DNA from: Candidatus Latescibacterota bacterium
GTDB lineage: Bacteria; Latescibacterota; UBA2968; UBA8231
DNA length: 64,000 bases
Direction of reading: 5' to 3'
Assembly: GCA_964291625.2 (NCBI GenBank)
Contig: OZ220089.1
Span: 128,001-192,000 of the forward strand
The notes beneath the pieces were generated by a model. The model was not told where the DNA came from. It saw nothing but the letters and a program-made list of their open reading frames with translations, and made no database searches. The translations under genes were made by a program, and so were the position numbers. Within the stretch, counting starts at the first letter, position 1. Every line of letters starts with the position of its first letter. Of the stretch, positions 39,735 to 48,579 are shown piece after piece.

Positions 39735-42718
39735 GGATGAACGCCATCCATGGAGTCCGGAGAAACGGACCCGGCAGGGGTCTCCTCGTCCTCCTTCTCC
39801 TGGCCGGCGCCCCGGCCACGGCGGGCGCCCAGGTCGACTACGGCCACCGGTTCGGGAACCAGGAGCGGGGCCCTTCCCGGTACAGCGTCAGCGGTCCGAG
39901 GGTGCTGATGGAAGCCCTCGACCCGACGATCAAGCGGTGGTACCTGCCGCAGGAGCTCTTCCGGGAGTACGGCCGGCGCCAGTGGTCCTACACGAATCAC
40001 GCCCGCCAGCCCTACCTGCCGTACGTCAGCCACGCCCACGAGGGCGAGTATTTCTACGACTACTACGGCAACCTCGTCACCCAGGGGTGGCTGGTCTACG
40101 ACTGGCGCCAGACCCAGGCCCGGACCGTCGACAGCAGCCGCATCACCAAGCTCGCCCGCTATGACGGCTGGTTTCACCGCCTCATCATCTCCTCCGACGG
40201 CATCGGCGACAACAGCTACTCCCTGACCGTGGGCGACGAGATCTTCGCGAGCCTGACGCCGATGACGTTCCGCAAGGCCGGCTTCAATGGCGTCGTGACG
40301 GATTTCGCCTCCAACCGCCTGCGGGCCACGGGGCTCTTCGCCCGCCCCTCCGACCCGGTGGTGCTGATCTTCGGAGGCATCGCCGGCGTCCCCCAGAGCA
40401 ACTACACCAACCTGATGGCGGGACGCCTCGAGGCGGACGTGACCGACTTCATGACCCTCGGGGCCACCTTCGTCAACGCCCACAACGCGGCGGGAATCCG
40501 CGACTCCTTCCAGAGCAACCCCCTGAGAGGGGCCCTGACCACGGGACAGCTGAGCAGCCGCGTGAACCTGCTCCTCGTGCGGCTGCGGGACGACTCGCCC
40601 GAGGACGGCGAGGGCGGGCCCATCCTCTTCGACTCCGACATCGAGATCACCACCTCCCTGTGGCACGAGGTCGTCGTCGAGGGCGGGACCCAGCGCGTCC
40701 TCCGGGACACCACGATCAGCGGCCGGAGCATCGGCTTCTACCCCGCCATCGAGGGCGGCGAGGTGCGGGACGGTTTCCGCCGGGCCGACGGTCAGCACAG
40801 CGTTACCATGTACTACACCCTGGCCCCGGAGGAGGGGGAATCCGAGGCCGGGACTTTCAGGCTGCTGCTGCAGAGGGCCCTCGATCTCAACCTCGACGAA
40901 GCGGACGAAGCCGTCACCCGGATCAGGAACGTGCGCTTCCGCCTGCGCCTGGCCAACGACTACGCCATCGAGGTCGCCTCCGACCGCCAGATCGACCGCC
41001 ACGACGTCCCCCAGTTCCTCGAGGTGGCGCGGGCGGCTGGCAACGTCAAGAACCAGCTGAACCCGGAGGAGGTCGTCTTCGACTACGGCCTGCCCACGGC
41101 GACACAGGTCGCCGGCCTGACCACGGAGATCCGCGATCTGGCGGGGTTCGACTTCTACGGCGAGTTCAACCTGAGCACGAGTGTCCGCCAGTATCCCGGC
41201 ACCCTCCTCGAGAAGCACGACAGCTTCTCGGGCATCGTCGGCGACGAGCACGCCATCGGCTTCCAGGTCAACCTGTCGAAGAAGGCCGGACCGCTGCGGC
41301 TCTTCCTCGAGGGCTTCGGCATGGACGACGCCTACTCCACGAGCATCAAGCCGGTCACCACCCGGGGAATCGTGGACTACTCGCCGGAGGCGACCGAGGG
41401 GATCTACGACTTCGTCGACGACAACGACGACCAGGACCGCCACCCCGATCAGGCTCGGAGGTTCCACGGCGGACTGATCCGGCCCCTCGGGACGTCGGTC
41501 AGGGGCTTCCTGGAGACTCCGTTGGGTGTCGCCGACCCGGCCGTCTTCCCGGGCTACGACGAGAACGGGGACCTCATCTCCGACTTCAACCAGAACAGCA
41601 ACGGCGACCAGGACAACTACTTCCCCGACTACGAGGAGCCCTTCCTGCGCCACAGGAGCGACCGTCCGGAGTTCCTCTTCGGCATCGATCTCGACAACAA
41701 CGGCGTGGCCGAGCGCTTCGAGAACGACGACCTCCCCGACTATCCCTACAAGAAGGGCCACTGGGGCTACAACGCCCACGCCACCCTTCGCGTCAACCCC
41801 GACCTCGAGCTCACGGCAGGCTACCTGCGCCAGGACCTGCGCAGCGCCGACCGCACCAACCGCACTCCGTACGGCCTCGTCGAGCTGGTGCGGGACCATC
41901 CGAGGTGGGGACGGCTGCAGCTCTTCGACATGGTCAAGCTCGCCCGGGACACGATCGCCGATCCCGTCAACCTGTGGATGATGCCCAGTCTCGACTACGG
42001 AGCCGCCGGCCAGTCGGTGGGCGTCAGCATTCCCCGGCCCGACCCTCTTGCGGCAGAGGACACCTGGATCAACAGCTTTGCCGCCGACTGGAGCTACGTG
42101 AGCCCACGGGGCTGGTCGATGCGGCACCGGGTCAAGTGGGACTGGTGGCGGCAGCGGAACGCGGAGCCCACCTTCGCCGTCGACGAGGAGGGCGCCGCCC
42201 TGCTGAACGAGGAAGGAGAGCCCGTGGTGCTCTTCGACCCCCTCGGACCCGGGGCCCGCAACGGCCGGGAGACCTCCGGCTTCGCCGGCGTCATCAACAA
42301 GGCGGACCTGCTCTTCCACGTGGGGCGGCTGTCCTTGTCGCCGCGGATCAAGAGCGAGTGGCGCAACGAGGCGCCCTTCTCCCGGGACGAGGAGCGGCGC
42401 CGGTCCTGGGACGGCATCGCCTCCCTGCTCGTGCGCATGCCCTTCATGGCACACACCCATCTCGAGTTCGGGATCGAGGGACGCAATTTCGCCGAGTTGA
42501 GGGCCGACGAGGAGGAGCTTTCGCCCAGTACCCTGACCGGGGACTTCCGCGGCGTGGTCTACGCCGTTCAGTTGACCAATCGCCGGCCTTTCAAGAGCTA
42601 CCTCGCCACCACCCAGGTGGGACTCCGCTTCGACCGGCGTTCCCTGGAGGTCGTCGAGGGGAACCGCGGGCAGCGCACGGCCGGGCTGGCCTTTGTCACC
42701 GTATTCATGGGTCTCTAA
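39731..42718 (+). CDS. Large exported protein, probably outer-membrane beta-rich (paralogue 2)
   Basis: Signal peptide (AGA-Q); collinear similarity with 35263..38079; C-terminus AFVTVFMGL. Confidence 0.75.
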   Translation: MRMNAIHGVRRNGPGRGLLVLLLLAGAPATAGAQVDYGHRFGNQERGPSRYSVSGPRVLMEALDPTIKRWYLPQELFREYGRRQWSYTNHARQPYLPYVSHAHEGEYFYDYYGNLVTQGWLVYDWRQTQARTVDSSRITKLARYDGWFHRLIISSDGIGDNSYSLTVGDEIFASLTPMTFRKAGFNGVVTDFASNRLRATGLFARPSDPVVLIFGGIAGVPQSNYTNLMAGRLEADVTDFMTLGATFVNAHNAAGIRDSFQSNPLRGALTTGQLSSRVNLLLVRLRDDSPEDGEGGPILFDSDIEITTSLWHEVVVEGGTQRVLRDTTISGRSIGFYPAIEGGEVRDGFRRADGQHSVTMYYTLAPEEGESEAGTFRLLLQRALDLNLDEADEAVTRIRNVRFRLRLANDYAIEVASDRQIDRHDVPQFLEVARAAGNVKNQLNPEEVVFDYGLPTATQVAGLTTEIRDLAGFDFYGEFNLSTSVRQYPGTLLEKHDSFSGIVGDEHAIGFQVNLSKKAGPLRLFLEGFGMDDAYSTSIKPVTTRGIVDYSPEATEGIYDFVDDNDDQDRHPDQARRFHGGLIRPLGTSVRGFLETPLGVADPAVFPGYDENGDLISDFNQNSNGDQDNYFPDYEEPFLRHRSDRPEFLFGIDLDNNGVAERFENDDLPDYPYKKGHWGYNAHATLRVNPDLELTAGYLRQDLRSADRTNRTPYGLVELVRDHPRWGRLQLFDMVKLARDTIADPVNLWMMPSLDYGAAGQSVGVSIPRPDPLAAEDTWINSFAADWSYVSPRGWSMRHRVKWDWWRQRNAEPTFAVDEEGAALLNEEGEPVVLFDPLGPGARNGRETSGFAGVINKADLLFHVGRLSLSPRIKSEWRNEAPFSRDEERRRSWDGIASLLVRMPFMAHTHLEFGIEGRNFAELRADEEELSPSTLTGDFRGVVYAVQLTNRRPFKSYLATTQVGLRFDRRSLEVVEGNRGQRTAGLAFVTVFMGL

Positions 42719-42729
42719 GGACTGGGATC

Positions 42730-44649
42730 ATGACCAGGACGGGACGTACCATCGCGCAGGCCCTGACCCTGCTGCTGGGCCTCGGCACCACCGCCCAGGG
42801 ACTGACCATCTACCGCATCGGGGGCTCGATTCTACCACCGCCCGAGCTGCCCGAGGGGGCCGACTTCGTGCAACTGGAGTGGCAGGCCGCCAAGGACAGC
42901 GATCACGGCGCCATCGATCTGCTGCACGGGCTCGAGCCGGACGCCCTGGAGCCGGACAAGCTGGACCCGACGGTGAACCTGGCCCCCGTTTTCGACGAGA
43001 TCGGCGGGAGCATCTACAGCTACGCCACGCACGGCTTCGTGGCCGGGTTCAAGGCAGAGGCCGCCCTCTTTGACGGCGATCCCGAGACCGTGCTTCTCGG
43101 GGACGGCCACTGGGGCGGAGCCAGCCACTATCGCTTCCTGGAAATCGTCTTCGACTTCCCGGGCACCTTCACCATCTCGCGGATCAGGATGTATCCGCGC
43201 GAGCGATACATCGCGAGCCGCTTCGTCCAGTGGTTTCGCATCGGGTTCAACGACGCCGAACGCACCAGAAGGGGCGGCCCGGTCATCCGCGCCCGCAACT
43301 GGGAGTTCGAGGTCGTCTACGAGGACCTCGAGAACTCCCGGGGGCTCATCGAGTTGACCGCCCTGCCCGAGTACCCGGTGAAGGAGCTGCTCGTCTCGCT
43401 GGCCGAGAACACGCAAGGCATCTGGGAAATGGCCGAAATCGAGGTCTACGGCCGGGGCTACACGCCCGAGGCCGCCTACGTGAGCCAGGTCATCGACCTC
43501 GGGGGCCCCTCCGCGCTGGGGGACCTCAGTTGGTCCGCCGAGGTCGACCCCGGAGCCGACCTGACGTTGCGCATGCGGGCCGGGGACGATCCGGTTCCCA
43601 ACACTTACTGGCGTTACACCTTCCGCGGCAGCGGGGCCACCAGCCGCTTGGACGAGCAAGGCCAGCCCCTGACAAAGGGCGGATACCTGAGCCTGGACAG
43701 GCGGGAACGGGCCGGGACCACGCCGGACACCGAGAACTGGGACGGTTGGAGCACATCCTTCGATCACTCCGAAGGGACCGTGCCTTTCCAGGCCTCACGG
43801 CCCCGTCAGTACCTCCAGGTGCGCGCTGATTTCAACTCCACCGTCGACGCCGGCTCCCGCCTCCAGTACCTCCAGTTCGCGGTCTCCCAGCCGCCGGCCG
43901 CCACCGTGGTCCTCGGGGAGATCACCCCGACCGTGGCCTCCGTCGACGAGGTGACGCCCTTCACCTACCTGATGACGCCTGTCATGCGCTCCGGGAACTT
44001 CGGGTTCGACCGCATCCGCATCGACACGCCCACCACCGCGGCCGGCGTCGACGGTGTGCGCTTCAACGGCCAGCCCGTCGCCTACGAGGTCCTTCACCTC
44101 GACGAGTCGGGCTTCGAGATCGCCATCCCCCGGGTCGACGAGAGCCGCGACGGCGAGCTCATCGAGATTGACTTCCGCTCCCGGATCTTCCGCTTCGGCA
44201 CCGTCTTTACCGGCCGGGTCATGGACAGCCAGCGCCCCGAGGAGGTGGCGCAGGTGGTCTCCCCCGGCGAGGCGGACCCGATCGTCGACAGCAACACCCT
44301 GAGCGTCGGCCTGGAGGAGGTGGGACGGCGGACGGTCAATGCCCTCACCCTCGAGCCGCCGGTCTTCAGCCCCAACGGAGACGGCATCAACGACCGGGTG
44401 AGTCTCGATTACGAGCTGGTGAATGTGGAGGGCGACGCCGAGGTGGCCATCGTCCTCTACGACCTGCGGGGCTCGCCCGTGGAGGAGGTCTTCCGCGGCC
44501 CGGCCGGTAGCGGCCGGTTCCGTGCGGAGTGGGACGGCCGCGATGCCGGGGGACGCCTCCTCGGGCCGGGGATCTACATCCTGCGGATCGAGGTCGAGTC
44601 GGACCTCGGAATCAGGTCCAGGGAAAGGGTCGTCTCCCTTGTCTACTAG
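42730..44649 (+). CDS. Exported protein with C-terminal FlgD-Ig/T9SS-CTD-like domain (paralogue B)
   Basis: Last 639 aa of track ORF 40660..44649; signal peptide MTRTGRTIAQALTLLLGLGTTAQG; FSPNGDGIND..WDGRDAGGRLLGPGIY..SLVY. Confidence 0.8.
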   Translation: MTRTGRTIAQALTLLLGLGTTAQGLTIYRIGGSILPPPELPEGADFVQLEWQAAKDSDHGAIDLLHGLEPDALEPDKLDPTVNLAPVFDEIGGSIYSYATHGFVAGFKAEAALFDGDPETVLLGDGHWGGASHYRFLEIVFDFPGTFTISRIRMYPRERYIASRFVQWFRIGFNDAERTRRGGPVIRARNWEFEVVYEDLENSRGLIELTALPEYPVKELLVSLAENTQGIWEMAEIEVYGRGYTPEAAYVSQVIDLGGPSALGDLSWSAEVDPGADLTLRMRAGDDPVPNTYWRYTFRGSGATSRLDEQGQPLTKGGYLSLDRRERAGTTPDTENWDGWSTSFDHSEGTVPFQASRPRQYLQVRADFNSTVDAGSRLQYLQFAVSQPPAATVVLGEITPTVASVDEVTPFTYLMTPVMRSGNFGFDRIRIDTPTTAAGVDGVRFNGQPVAYEVLHLDESGFEIAIPRVDESRDGELIEIDFRSRIFRFGTVFTGRVMDSQRPEEVAQVVSPGEADPIVDSNTLSVGLEEVGRRTVNALTLEPPVFSPNGDGINDRVSLDYELVNVEGDAEVAIVLYDLRGSPVEEVFRGPAGSGRFRAEWDGRDAGGRLLGPGIYILRIEVESDLGIRSRERVVSLVY

Positions 44650-44679
44650 ATGCCCAGATGCTGACAGGAGGATCCGCAC

Positions 44680-47334
44680 ATGACACGGATCATCAGCTTC
44701 ACCGCCCTTCTGGTCCTGGTTGCCGCCACTGGCCTGACGGCCCAGGGCCGGGCGTACCGGATCGCCGGCGACGAGCTTGTCGTCGACCGCCGCAGCCTCT
44801 GGCAGAACTGGATCTATTCCGAGGAAACCCTCGAGGTCTCCCCCTCGGGAGAGGTGAGCCCCCTCGCCCTGCGCAAGGACATCAACGCCGTCCCCGAGAT
44901 CGTCCGCTACCTGCGCCTCCATCCACCGCCGCACCTCAAGAACAAGGAGCCCGAGGAGATCACCCTCGCCGACGCCTTGCAGGCCGGCTCCAACCCCCGT
45001 GACGTGGTCAACGTCCTCGACGGGGACCCGACCACATACTGGCAGCCCGACCTGACCGACGCCCCCCCCGTCGAGCTCGGCGCGCGCTGGTGGCTCATGG
45101 TCGACCTGGGACGGAACGTCATCGCCAAGAGGCTGGTACTTCGGTTCGCGGAGGAGGAACTGGGCGATCCGTTCCTTCAGTTCGACGTCCTCGTCTCAAA
45201 CGGCGAGCGTTCGCCGTCGGCCGCCGCTTCGAAACACCCGTTCTTCGCAACGGTGTACCGAACGTTGAGGCCCAACAAGGACGTCCGGGTGCTGGACCTC
45301 ACCTTCGAGGACGTAAACGCCGATTCCGTCGTCGGCGAGGCGCCGCTGGCCGCCATCCTGCCGCCATCCACCGTCGACCGCGACCACAGCGTGCAGGCCC
45401 CCAGGGAACTCGCGGGCGCCTCGCTGCGATACGTCATGGTGGTCGTCCGTGACAGCGACTTCGACCGCGGCCGGCTGGTCAGCCCCGAGGCCTACGCCGC
45501 CCTGCCCGAGGACGACAAGGGCGCCGTCGTCCACCACAAGCTGCAGCGGGACGGCCGGCTCACCGAGTTGAGCGAAGCCGACTACCTGCGTCTGCCCGCC
45601 GGACAGCAGGGAGAGATCCTCCACTACCGCAAGGAGCGGCCCCGCCTGGCCGACATCGAGGTGTGGACCGAGGGGGACAACGTCATGCCCGCCATCTACA
45701 AGCGCGGCGGGGAAATCAGCGGCAACGCGAACCTGAACTACGGCAGGCTGGTGGACGGCCTCGTGGGCTCCTTCACCGAGGTCAACATGGGCCGAGAAGG
45801 GTACGTCCTCTTCGACCTGGGGGCCACCTTCTGGCTCGACGCCTACCGGCTGATGTACGGCGGCGTCACGAACCGCGAGAGGAAGAGCTTCAACTCCTAC
45901 GATCTCGAGGCCTCCGACGGATCCCTGAACCCCGACGGCACCCTGAAGTTCAAGACCGTGGCCCGCCGCATACAGAAGCAGATGCGCAAGGACTTCGAGG
46001 TTCACGACTTCGACCTCGTGAAGACCCGGTTCTTCCGCCTCGTCTTCGAGTTGGGCTTCACCCACGAGCAACCTCACACCTCCGCGCCAGGGGAGATCTA
46101 CCTCTATGGCCGGGGATACATCGCCGAAGTCCGCATGGAGTCGGGCCTGGTCGAGCTAGGAGCCCGCCGCAACCTTCTGAGCATGTCCTGGGAAGCGGAC
46201 ACCCCGCCCGGGACCGCAATCTCGATCCAGACCCGCGCCGGCAACGAGCTGCGGGAGGTCCTCCACTACTACAAGGCCGACGGCACGGAGATCAGCGAGA
46301 AGGCCTACAACAATCCGTCCCTGCTGGCTTCCTTGAAGGGCCCCATCGTCGCCGAGATGGTGGAAGGAGACGACTGGAGCGGCTGGAGCCAGCCCTACGA
46401 GGACGCCTCGGGAAGTCCCTTCCTCTCTCCCTCCCCTAGGGAGTTCCTCAACATCGCCGCCACCCTGGTCTCGGACGATCCCGATCTGCACCCTACGCTT
46501 CGCTCCCTCCGGCTGCGCTTCAGCAACCCCGTCGCCCAGGGGCTCCTTGCGGAGGTGACCCCCACCCGGGTCGACTCGCTGGGGGTCCCGCGGGACTTCT
46601 CCCTCTTCCTGCGGCCCGAGTTCGACAGGCGGGACCCGGGATTCGACGAGCTGCTGCTCAGGACGCCCCCCGACATGTCCCTGGAATTCGCCGGGCTCTA
46701 CGCCGGGACGGCCGAGGAGTTCGACGGCGGGGGCGGTACCCTGGTAGAGGATGTGGAGGTCATTCCCACCGGTCCCGACAGCCTGCGCCTCTCCTTCCCC
46801 ATGGTGGAGCCCCGCGGGATCGAGGTGTTGCGCCTCGACTTCCGAACCGCCCTGTTCACCATCGGCGCCCAGTTGCAGGCCGCGGTCAAGCGGGCCCGGG
46901 ACGGTGAGGACGCCTGGCAGCGGGTCGATCCCGGCGACGCCCTCGCCAGCGTCGAAAGCGAAGCGATCACCCTCATCGGCGAAGCCACCGGCGGCAGCCT
47001 GCTTGCCGGTGTGAACCTGAGTTCCCCGGTCATCACGCCCAACGGCGACGGGATCAACGACGAAGCCCTGTTCTCGCTCAAGGTCGTCCGCGTCGCCGAC
47101 GGGAGTCCCGTGGACCTGCGGATCCACGACCTTGGGGGCCGGCTCGTTCGCCGGATCGTCGAGCACGGGTCCGCGGGTACCGGTCTCTACGAGATCGCCT
47201 GGGACGGCCTCGACGCCAACGGGCTCGTCGTGCCCCCGGGGATCTACCTCGCGCGCCTGCGGGTCGACACCGACGACGGCGGGCGCCGCCTGGAGGGCCG
47301 CGAGGCGATGCGGACCCTGGCCGTGTCCTACTGA
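44680..47334 (+). CDS. Exported protein with C-terminal FlgD-Ig/T9SS-CTD-like domain (paralogue C, extra N-terminal region)
   Basis: GGAGG RBS; signal peptide; ITPNGDGIND..DLGGRLVR..WDGLDANGLVVPPGIY..AVSY. Confidence 0.8.
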   Translation: MTRIISFTALLVLVAATGLTAQGRAYRIAGDELVVDRRSLWQNWIYSEETLEVSPSGEVSPLALRKDINAVPEIVRYLRLHPPPHLKNKEPEEITLADALQAGSNPRDVVNVLDGDPTTYWQPDLTDAPPVELGARWWLMVDLGRNVIAKRLVLRFAEEELGDPFLQFDVLVSNGERSPSAAASKHPFFATVYRTLRPNKDVRVLDLTFEDVNADSVVGEAPLAAILPPSTVDRDHSVQAPRELAGASLRYVMVVVRDSDFDRGRLVSPEAYAALPEDDKGAVVHHKLQRDGRLTELSEADYLRLPAGQQGEILHYRKERPRLADIEVWTEGDNVMPAIYKRGGEISGNANLNYGRLVDGLVGSFTEVNMGREGYVLFDLGATFWLDAYRLMYGGVTNRERKSFNSYDLEASDGSLNPDGTLKFKTVARRIQKQMRKDFEVHDFDLVKTRFFRLVFELGFTHEQPHTSAPGEIYLYGRGYIAEVRMESGLVELGARRNLLSMSWEADTPPGTAISIQTRAGNELREVLHYYKADGTEISEKAYNNPSLLASLKGPIVAEMVEGDDWSGWSQPYEDASGSPFLSPSPREFLNIAATLVSDDPDLHPTLRSLRLRFSNPVAQGLLAEVTPTRVDSLGVPRDFSLFLRPEFDRRDPGFDELLLRTPPDMSLEFAGLYAGTAEEFDGGGGTLVEDVEVIPTGPDSLRLSFPMVEPRGIEVLRLDFRTALFTIGAQLQAAVKRARDGEDAWQRVDPGDALASVESEAITLIGEATGGSLLAGVNLSSPVITPNGDGINDEALFSLKVVRVADGSPVDLRIHDLGGRLVRRIVEHGSAGTGLYEIAWDGLDANGLVVPPGIYLARLRVDTDDGGRRLEGREAMRTLAVSY

Positions 47335-47345
47335 CCTCAAAGTGG

Positions 47346-47374
47346 TTGATTTTCCGGTTTCTTTTTCGTAGTAT
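47346..47374 (+). promoter_or_regulatory. Promoter of duplicated cassette, copy 1
   Basis: TTGATT-17 nt-TAGTAT, bracketed by inverted repeat gtggttga (47342) / tcaaccac (47389). Confidence 0.65.
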
Positions 47375-47455
47375 TCGGCTGCTAACCGTCAACCACACTC
47401 AGGACCGAGGGTATCCCAACCTCGATCTTCACCCTACCATCATGCGATTGGAGAC

Positions 47456-48394
47456 ATGATCATGAGAAAGACCCTCACCATGGCGGTCCTGCTGCTGGGC
47501 TTCGGCTCGGCGCAGGCCCACATTCCCCCTGGCAGTGTGCTCGGGGTCTGGCAGTGGCCCTCGAATGCCCTGCCCGAGTTGGACGGCGACATCAGCGAGT
47601 GGGAGATCATCCCGGATTACCTGTGGCTCAATCCGGCCACCAGCCTGGACAACGACGGCAACCCCGTGTTCACCGGCGTCCATGGCAATGACAAGGGCAT
47701 GACCGGCCCCGAGGGTGACGCCTCCGATCTCACCATACGCGTCGCCGTCGCCTGGAACGACGAATACGACCGCATGTACTTCGCCCAGGAGCGCTTCGAC
47801 GACGTGTACGACCGCGACGTTGCGGAGCCGCCCGGCGAGTGCGGCGGCGACGACAGCATCGAGATCCACGTCGACGCCGACCACACCGGCGGCGTCATGG
47901 TCACCGGCGACGACGAGACGCAAGCCAGGTCGGCCCAGATCGCGCACTGGCGCTGGCCGCCCATCGGAGAAGGCAACAACGCCTGGAGCTGGATGTGGGT
48001 GAGCTCCGCCACCTGGCACGACAAGGAGCCCTATGCCTGCTGCCCCGACGCCTTCGACATCGACGGTGGGCACGGCGACACCGATGTGACGCTGGTATCC
48101 GAGTGGTGGACCGTCTACTTCAACGGCCTGGTTCACGAGTCGCCCGAGGAGAGCGTGGTCGCCCCCCTTTCGGAGGGCCAGATCATCGGCATGACCTTGG
48201 CCCTTTGCGACATCGACGCAGCCGACCAGGAGGGCCCCAATACGGTCTGGGTGTCGGGAGGTGAAGGCGCGGCGAGGTATTACGCTGACAGCGATGTCCT
48301 CGGCGACTGGGTTCTGCTGCCCGTGGATGAAGCCTTGATGACCGCCGTCGAGTCCAACAGCTGGGGCCAGGTCAAGGCCAGTCTCCAGCAGTAA
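47456..48394 (+). CDS. Exported acidic protein, CBM9/DOMON-like, with C-terminal TAVESNSWGQVKAS motif (copy 1)
   Basis: Signal peptide (AQA-H); LDGDISEW, VAWND..MYF, DDSIEIHVDAD, L.EGQIIGM. Start at 47456 or 47462. Confidence 0.75.
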   Translation: MIMRKTLTMAVLLLGFGSAQAHIPPGSVLGVWQWPSNALPELDGDISEWEIIPDYLWLNPATSLDNDGNPVFTGVHGNDKGMTGPEGDASDLTIRVAVAWNDEYDRMYFAQERFDDVYDRDVAEPPGECGGDDSIEIHVDADHTGGVMVTGDDETQARSAQIAHWRWPPIGEGNNAWSWMWVSSATWHDKEPYACCPDAFDIDGGHGDTDVTLVSEWWTVYFNGLVHESPEESVVAPLSEGQIIGMTLALCDIDAADQEGPNTVWVSGGEGAARYYADSDVLGDWVLLPVDEALMTAVESNSWGQVKASLQQ

Positions 48395-48425
48395 GAAGCG
48401 GCTGTTAGTCCACGCCGCTGTTTCC

Positions 48426-48462
48426 AGTGAGGCAGGCCCTCGAGGGCCTGCCTCACTCTTTT
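48426..48462 (+). terminator. Intrinsic terminator, copy 1
   Basis: Perfect 32-nt palindrome agtgaggcaggccctcgagggcctgcctcact followed by ctttt. Confidence 0.85.
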
Positions 48463-48481
48463 GTGCCTGAGCAGGAATGCG

Positions 48482-48510
48482 TTGATTTTGCGGGGGTTTG
48501 GTGGTAGCTT
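48482..48510 (+). promoter_or_regulatory. Promoter of duplicated cassette, copy 2
   Basis: TTGATT-17 nt-TAGCTT, in the same position as in copy 1. Confidence 0.65.
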
Positions 48511-48579
48511 ACGCCAAGCCGCTCAGGATCGAGGTACCGCGCCCCGATCGTTCACCCCTCCCACCTGGCGATTGGAGAC

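Noticed and set aside
40660-44649. 1329-aa ORF
   Set aside because: The N-terminal half is an alternate frame of 39731..42718; the real start with signal peptide is 42730.
33070-47334. Flagellar hook-capping (FlgD) genes
   Set aside because: Only the C-terminal Ig-like module resembles FlgD; the proteins have Sec signal peptides and no flagellar genes are nearby.
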